From Candidatus Harrisonbacteria bacterium CG10_big_fil_rev_8_21_14_0_10_44_23 (GTDB lineage: Bacteria; Patescibacteriota; Minisyncoccia; UBA6257; 1-14-0-10-44-23), in the NCBI GenBank assembly GCA_002773475.1, contig PFBB01000023.1, positions 1 to 44,360 of the forward strand: a stretch of DNA of 44,360 bases, given 5' to 3'. The notes under the pieces are model-generated. The model was not told the DNA's origin. It made no database searches and saw only the letters and a list, made by a program, of their open reading frames with translations. Positions 40,283 to 44,360 of the stretch are shown one piece after another. Position 1 is the first letter of the stretch. Each line of letters begins with the position of its first letter. Made by a program: the position numbers and the translations under genes.

Positions 40283-40880
40283 TAAAATTTCTATAAAAGA
40301 CATTCTTGCTTTTGTGCAAATGCTCAATGATTTTCGGGAGGTTGAGCGTGTGGTCAAGTTGAAAGGATCTGATAGAGGTGAAAATGATTCAGAGCATAGC
40401 TACGGTTTAGCGATGTTAACTTGGTATTTGATTGAGGGAAATGATCTAAAACTAGATCTAAATAAAGCTGTTCGCTATGCATTGGTGCATGACTTAGTTG
40501 AAGTTTATGCTGGAGACACATTTATTTATGATGCGGACGAGAGCTATATTGACAGTAAGCACGATAGAGAAAAAGAAGCTTTAGAGAAATTAAAGAAAGA
40601 ATTTCCGGAAGCAAGTGGATTATTTACTTGGATTGATGCTTATGAAAAGAGGGCCGACGAAGAAGCAAAATTTGTTTATGCGTTAGATAAGCTCCACCCG
40701 ATCTATAATATATACCTCTCTGGAGGAAGGTCCTGGAAAGAAAAAAGGGTTAGCTGGCAGGATCTTTGGGATCATAAGAGGGACAAAGTTAAGCTATCAC
40801 CTGAAGTTGAGAGGCTTTTTTCTGAGTTGATGGAGCTCCTAAAGGGGGAGGAGGGTGGATTATTTCCTAAAAAAATATGA
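40272..40880 (+). CDS. HD-domain phosphohydrolase (YfbR-like 5'-nucleotidase type)
   Basis: SEHSYGLAM...ALVHDLVEVYAGD (H...HD...D pattern). It overlaps the methyltransferase gene by 11 nt. Confidence 0.75.
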   Translation: MESSKISIKDILAFVQMLNDFREVERVVKLKGSDRGENDSEHSYGLAMLTWYLIEGNDLKLDLNKAVRYALVHDLVEVYAGDTFIYDADESYIDSKHDREKEALEKLKKEFPEASGLFTWIDAYEKRADEEAKFVYALDKLHPIYNIYLSGGRSWKEKRVSWQDLWDHKRDKVKLSPEVERLFSELMELLKGEEGGLFPKKI

Positions 40881-40963
40881 TATTTTTAAATCCAGCCGAG
40901 CTAAGAAGAGCTGGGAATTTTCGTCAATTATGCTAAGCTAGCCTTAACTTAATTTATGTAAAT

Positions 40964-41356
40964 ATGGAAATATTATTTTTGATTGGCAGGATATTGTTCG
41001 GAGGATTTTTCCTTTGGATGGGAATCGGCCATTTTACTAAAAAGGTTGGTTTAATTGCCTATGCTCAATCTAGAGGAGTCAGCTCGACAAGTGCGGCTGT
41101 GCTTTTAAGTGGAGTAATGGTTATCTTGGGTGGTGTGGGCATCATTTTGGGAGTATTTATTGATATTGCGCTTTGGCTAATAATCATATTTTTAGTCTTC
41201 GTTAGCTTTATGATTCATAAATTCTGGGAAATAAACGATCCCAGTCAAAGAATGGTGGAGGCAAACGCCTTTATGAAAAACATCGCTCTTTTAGGAGCAG
41301 CGCTAATGATGCTAATTATCTCTAGTCCTTGGGCGATAAGTTTGGGAAGTTATTAA
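40964..41356 (+). CDS. DoxX-family membrane protein
   Basis: Four hydrophobic helices, with an N-terminus [18 protein letters not shown] typical of DoxX. Confidence 0.6.
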   Translation: MEILFLIGRILFGGFFLWMGIGHFTKKVGLIAYAQSRGVSSTSAAVLLSGVMVILGGVGIILGVFIDIALWLIIIFLVFVSFMIHKFWEINDPSQRMVEANAFMKNIALLGAALMMLIISSPWAISLGSY

Positions 41357-41357
41357 T

Positions 41358-41570
41358 ATGAACAGAGAGCCAGTAAAATCTTCAGATTTAAAAGCGATCG
41401 GCTACGACCCAGAAACGAAAATTTTGGAAGTTGAATTTCAGTCGGGGAGCTTGTATCAGTACGTAAATGTTGCCGAAAACGTTTATAGTGAGCTAATGAA
41501 ATCAGACTCGAAAGGGAATTACTTTAATACGCAGATACGAGACGGATATCAAAATACGAAATTAAATTAA
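41358..41570 (+). CDS. KTSC domain-containing protein
   Basis: [48 protein letters not shown] matches the KTSC pattern. Confidence 0.75.
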   Translation: MNREPVKSSDLKAIGYDPETKILEVEFQSGSLYQYVNVAENVYSELMKSDSKGNYFNTQIRDGYQNTKLN

Positions 41571-41594
41571 AAAACAGCCAACTGGCTGTTTTTT
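41571..41594. terminator. bidirectional terminator
   Basis: AAAACAGCC-AACT-GGCTGTTTT, with an A-run before and a T-run after. Confidence 0.75.
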
Positions 41595-41597
41595 AAT

Positions 41598-41753
41598 TTA
41601 GAAAATAATCAGGCCAATAATAATAAGAAATATAATAAGGAAGAGAAATCCCCAAAGTGATTTTTTGGAGGATTGATCGTGGTGGATCACCTCCTTGATC
41701 GGTTGATCGGGGGAGGTGCCAGTTTCCTCTTCCATGGGATTCTGATTGTCCAT
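41598..41753 (-). CDS. possible 51-aa tail-anchored membrane micro-protein
   Basis: Hand translation: MDNQNPMEEETGTSPDQPIKEVIHHDQSSKKSLWGFLFLIIFLIIIGLIIF. It ends at the bidirectional terminator. There is no SD and it is below the ORF-track cut-off. Confidence 0.3.
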   Translation of the reverse strand: MDNQNPMEEETGTSPDQPIKEVIHHDQSSKKSLWGFLFLIIFLIIIGLIIF

Positions 41754-41834
41754 GGGTGAAGTGTGATTAGGTTTACTGATTTAGAAGACGTTGAGTTGTG
41801 GAAGCTCTTTCAGAGAATGTAGTACAATCAAGAA

Positions 41835-42038
41835 ATGGAACAAGATATAAAAAATACTTTAGATCAGCAAGCGGTAAAAATTGAGCAAATCTACCGCTCG
41901 GTAGAAAAGACTCGAAAGATGTTTTTGTGGACGCTTATTATTTCTGTGGCGGTGATTGTTTTGCCGCTCTTGGGGATGATAGTATTGCTGCCTAGGTTGT
42001 TTTCCTATTACGGAAGCTTGACCGGTCTAGGGCTATAG
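41835..42038 (+). CDS. small single-TM protein (67 aa)
   Basis: ORF track, with the hydrophobic helix MFLWTLIISVAVIVLPLLGMIVLL. Confidence 0.4.
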   Translation: MEQDIKNTLDQQAVKIEQIYRSVEKTRKMFLWTLIISVAVIVLPLLGMIVLLPRLFSYYGSLTGLGL

Positions 42039-42536
42039 CTATTGATTTATTGGCAGTGCGGTGGAGGTAAGGGAGTGAGTAGCCTGCTGCTGCGGGTTAT
42101 CGCTAATGTAGGAAAATGTTAAGGATAGCTCAACAGTTTTGACTCCATTTGAGCCGGTTTTTTCGGTATAGGTGAAATCATCTACATTAACTCTTTGGCT
42201 GGTAAGAGGGGTAGCACCAGCGTCGGGTGGGTCAATAATAATTGCTCCACTAGTAAGTTCGATCTTAGTATTTCCGCTGGCGTCGTGGACGATAATTCTT
42301 TGGCTGTTGATAGTCATGGAGTCTGAGTCACGGATTTCTTGTTTGATTCGACTCATGACAAAGTTTAATTCACTCAGGACTTGGTTGGAGGCGCTTTGAT
42401 GATTTTGCAGCCGTAAGATAGTTACCAAAACTCCGGAAAAAAGCCCCAGCAAGACAGCGGTGAGCCCAACATAAATCAAGAGCTCAATAAGGCTGAAGCC
42501 GTGATTGGATTTTCGTGATTTTTTATCAATTTGCAC
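42039..42536 (-). CDS. type IV pilin / pseudopilin-like protein with a prepilin N-terminal methylation motif
   Basis: KSNHG|FSLIELLIYVGLTAVLLGLF is a class III signal peptide (G/FxLIE). Confidence 0.8.
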   Translation of the reverse strand: MQIDKKSRKSNHGFSLIELLIYVGLTAVLLGLFSGVLVTILRLQNHQSASNQVLSELNFVMSRIKQEIRDSDSMTINSQRIIVHDASGNTKIELTSGAIIIDPPDAGATPLTSQRVNVDDFTYTEKTGSNGVKTVELSLTFSYISDNPQQQATHSLTSTALPINQ

Positions 42537-42564
42537 CTCCTTATTCTCTCACACCCCGCAAGAC

Positions 42565-42592
42565 TAGACAACGGCTAAAATAATGCTATAAT
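42565..42592 (+). promoter_or_regulatory. rpsB promoter (TAGACA, 16-nt spacer, extended -10 TGCTATAAT)
   Basis: -35-like element at 42565-42570 and TGCTATAAT at 42584-42592. Confidence 0.55.
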
Positions 42593-42638
42593 CCTTCCTA
42601 GCGCGTTAGGCGCGTAAGTTTTTTTATTTGATACAAAT

Positions 42639-43355
42639 ATGCAAGAAGAAAGTACAACAACTGAGACAGTCATAACTGACGAGCAGGTCCAAGAAATGGC
42701 CGATGCTGGTCTTTTGTTTGGAAGGAAGAAATCAAGGACTAACCCAAAGATGAAAAACTACATTGCGGCCAATCGAAATGGTTTTGAGATGATTGATCTC
42801 GCCAAGACCAAAGAAATGCTTGAGAAGGCAGAAGAGTTTTTAAAAACCAGCGCCGCAACCGGAAAACAAATCTTGATCGTGGGCACACACCCAGCATCAA
42901 AAAAGGTGGTGGAGGAAATCGGTAAGGAGTTTTCTTACCCATACGTTTCTCTACGTTGGCTAGGGGGCACTTTAACCAACTTCGACACTATCCAAAAGAG
43001 ACTACGTTACTACATTAAGCTAAAGGCAGACAACGCTGCAGGCCGTTTGCTTAAATATACCAAAAAAGAGCAGATAAAGTTTGTTCAAGAGCTCGAGCGA
43101 TTGGAAAGACTTTTTGGAGGATTGGAAAAAATGGATCAAATGCCAATTGCTTTATTGGTCTTTGGCGCCAATGATCACGAGACAGCAATCCGTGAAGCAA
43201 ATATCGTGAAGGTCCCTGTAGTGGTGGTAGCCACAACCAGCGCTGATCCAGATACAATTGACCATATCGTCCCAGCTAACGACTCAAGTATTTCCAGCGT
43301 GAAGTGGTTGGCGGAAAGATTTAAAAAGGCGATCAAGAGCGGTCTTAAGAAATAA
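42639..43355 (+). CDS. rpsB: 30S ribosomal protein S2
   Basis: GLLFGRKKSRTNPKMKNYI and the overall S2 pattern. It lies upstream of tsf. Confidence 0.92.
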   Translation: MQEESTTTETVITDEQVQEMADAGLLFGRKKSRTNPKMKNYIAANRNGFEMIDLAKTKEMLEKAEEFLKTSAATGKQILIVGTHPASKKVVEEIGKEFSYPYVSLRWLGGTLTNFDTIQKRLRYYIKLKADNAAGRLLKYTKKEQIKFVQELERLERLFGGLEKMDQMPIALLVFGANDHETAIREANIVKVPVVVVATTSADPDTIDHIVPANDSSISSVKWLAERFKKAIKSGLKK

Positions 43356-43367
43356 TTTATTTATTTT

Positions 43368-43808
43368 ATGAGTCAGGACATCCAAAAACTGCGAGAAGAA
43401 ACTGGCGCTGGGGTTATGGATTGCAAGAGAGCCCTAGAAGAAGCTGGTGGAGATATTGAGAAAGCAAAAGAAGTAATTAAAGCACAGGGATTGGCCAAAG
43501 CCGAAAAGAAGGGAGAGCGAAATGCCGGAGCGGGCTATCTTGAAGCGTACATTCACCAAGGCCGAGTAGGCGTTCTTTTAAAAATGAACGCTGAGACCGA
43601 CTTCGTGACGAAAAACGAAAAGTTTCAAGAATTGTCTCGAAATATCGCAATGCACATCGCAGCGATGAATCCAGCAAGCGTTGAGGAGCTTTTGGCTCAG
43701 CCGTACGTCAGAGATGAATCAACAACTATCGAGGAGCAAATTAAGCAAGTGATTGGCACGATCGGAGAAAATATCACCGTTGGTGAATTTACTCGCTACG
43801 AAGCATAA
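43368..43808 (+). CDS. tsf: translation elongation factor Ts (short, 146 aa)
   Basis: N-terminal UBA-like LREETGAGVMDCKRALEEAGGDIEKA and ETDFVTKNEKF. Confidence 0.85.
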   Translation: MSQDIQKLREETGAGVMDCKRALEEAGGDIEKAKEVIKAQGLAKAEKKGERNAGAGYLEAYIHQGRVGVLLKMNAETDFVTKNEKFQELSRNIAMHIAAMNPASVEELLAQPYVRDESTTIEEQIKQVIGTIGENITVGEFTRYEA

Positions 43809-43843
43809 CGGCTTTTAGCCTTAGGGCTGATAGCTTAGCTACT

Positions 43844-44170
43844 ATGGTTTTAACTTTACAAATTGTTCTTGGAGTCAGCGGGCTAACGTTGGTTTATTTA
43901 TTGTGGCAAACAACTCGAAGGGGATCGCAAGAGGTTGCTCCAGACGTTAATTATTTAAGGCTAACCTTGGAGTCGGGGATAGATTGGACAATTGATTTTT
44001 GGAAGGATTTTAAAAAAGGAATGCTGTTCTTCTTTGGAGAGTTTCTGCAACTATTGGTTAGGGGGTTTGATCGAATTGCTGATTTTTTCCAAGCCACCTC
44101 AGAAAAAGTGAAGGAGAGATCAGAGGTGAGCGAGACGCAAGAGGTTGATGAAAACGAAGATTTGAATTAG
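43844..44170 (+). CDS. hypothetical protein with an N-terminal TM helix and an acidic tail
   Basis: ORF track only. Confidence 0.4.
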   Translation: MVLTLQIVLGVSGLTLVYLLWQTTRRGSQEVAPDVNYLRLTLESGIDWTIDFWKDFKKGMLFFFGEFLQLLVRGFDRIADFFQATSEKVKERSEVSETQEVDENEDLN

Positions 44171-44190
44171 AGTTTATAGACAATTTGTTT

Positions 44191-44277
44191 GGGCAGATGG
44201 CGGAGTGGTCAATCGCATCGCGCTGTAGACGCGACGGCTTTATGCCTACGGGGGTTCGAATCCCTCTCTGCCCACCA
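44191..44277 (+). tRNA. tRNA-Tyr (anticodon GTA), class II long variable arm, encoded CCA
   Basis: Acceptor GGGCAGA/TCTGCCC, anticodon stem TCGCG/CGCGA with loop CTGTAGA, T-arm GGGGG-TTCGAAT-CCCTC, and discriminator A followed by CCA. Confidence 0.9.
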
Positions 44278-44290
44278 TGATCTGTACCCC

Positions 44291-44323
44291 AAAAAGTGGA
44301 CACACAAAACATGTCCACTTTTT
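44291..44323 (+). terminator. hairpin terminator after tRNA-Tyr
   Basis: AAAAAGTGGACA-(loop)-TGTCCACTTTTT. Confidence 0.7.
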
Positions 44324-44360
44324 GTTTTCTCCTGTTAGAATTAATCATTAATCCAAGAAT

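Noticed and set aside
42593-42638. Possible attenuator hairpin plus T7 run in the rpsB leader
   Set aside because: Only a 4-bp CGCG/CGCG stem can be drawn, which is too weak to call a terminator or the S2 autoregulatory structure.
43368-43808. The 146-aa EF-Ts as a possible truncated pseudogene
   Set aside because: The ORF is intact from the UBA-like N-terminus to a clean stop and sits in the normal rpsB-tsf arrangement. Short EF-Ts forms exist in reduced genomes. I cannot show truncation without an alignment.
1-44360. Alternative genetic code (UGA recoding as in some CPR lineages), a CRISPR array, IS elements or a prophage
   Set aside because: Conserved genes end at TGA (e.g. dnaJ at 14170-14172) with full-length products and no in-frame TGA is needed, so the code is standard. 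I saw no regularly spaced direct repeats and no transposase, integrase or phage structural genes.

Overview
This is a 44.4-kb, gene-dense, low-G+C window; hand-counted 60-nt lines in core genes give about 40-42% G+C. Housekeeping genes on both strands dominate: rplU, recR, dnaB, cysS, grpE-dnaK-(membrane ORF)-dnaJ, secD-secF, efp, mnmA, a split comEC, aspS, ndk, lepA, murB, hpf, secA and rpsB-tsf, plus tRNA-Glu(CTC), tRNA-Lys(TTT) and tRNA-Tyr(GTA). Several core proteins are domain-reduced (AspRS without the GAD insertion, DnaJ without the zinc finger, a 146-aa EF-Ts). Together with a sigma-region-4/HARE-HTH protein, mostly SD-less core-gene starts and ComEC/pseudopilin genes, this suggests a reduced Patescibacteria/CPR-like bacterium using the standard code. 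That is inference only, since no search could be run. I saw no rRNA, CRISPR array, transposase, integrase or reverse transcriptase. The non-ordinary content is as follows. (1) The best candidate for an undescribed system is a terminator-bracketed, possibly leaderless four-gene operon (18961-24121). It encodes a TM-anchored protein of unknown family, a 2-TM protein with a C-terminal Rx4H (HEPN-like) motif, and two paralogous soluble VirD4/TraD/FtsK-HerA-type P-loop ATPases, the second with a Zn-ribbon and a basic tail. No other T4SS or conjugation parts are present. (2) At least seven short G+C-rich (about 57-72% in counted lines) single-gene islets sit in gaps between core genes. Most carry a strong SD and each carries a G+C-rich hairpin, in contrast to the SD-poor core genes. 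(3) A GIY-YIG ORF lies between a decayed 5' copy of tRNA-Lys and the intact tRNA-Lys. (4) There are phased ATTATATAAT palindrome arrays at two loci and identical 30-bp palindromes flanking an ArsR-type regulator. (5) There are two promoter/terminator-delimited or multi-hairpin ncRNA candidates. (6) Further observations include ComEC split into two ORFs, an out-of-frame ghost SEC-C motif after secA, a non-canonical EF-P tip loop and a CorA-like protein lacking GMN. All hairpin, promoter and motif coordinates were derived by eye and all family calls rest on recognised motifs, not database searches.
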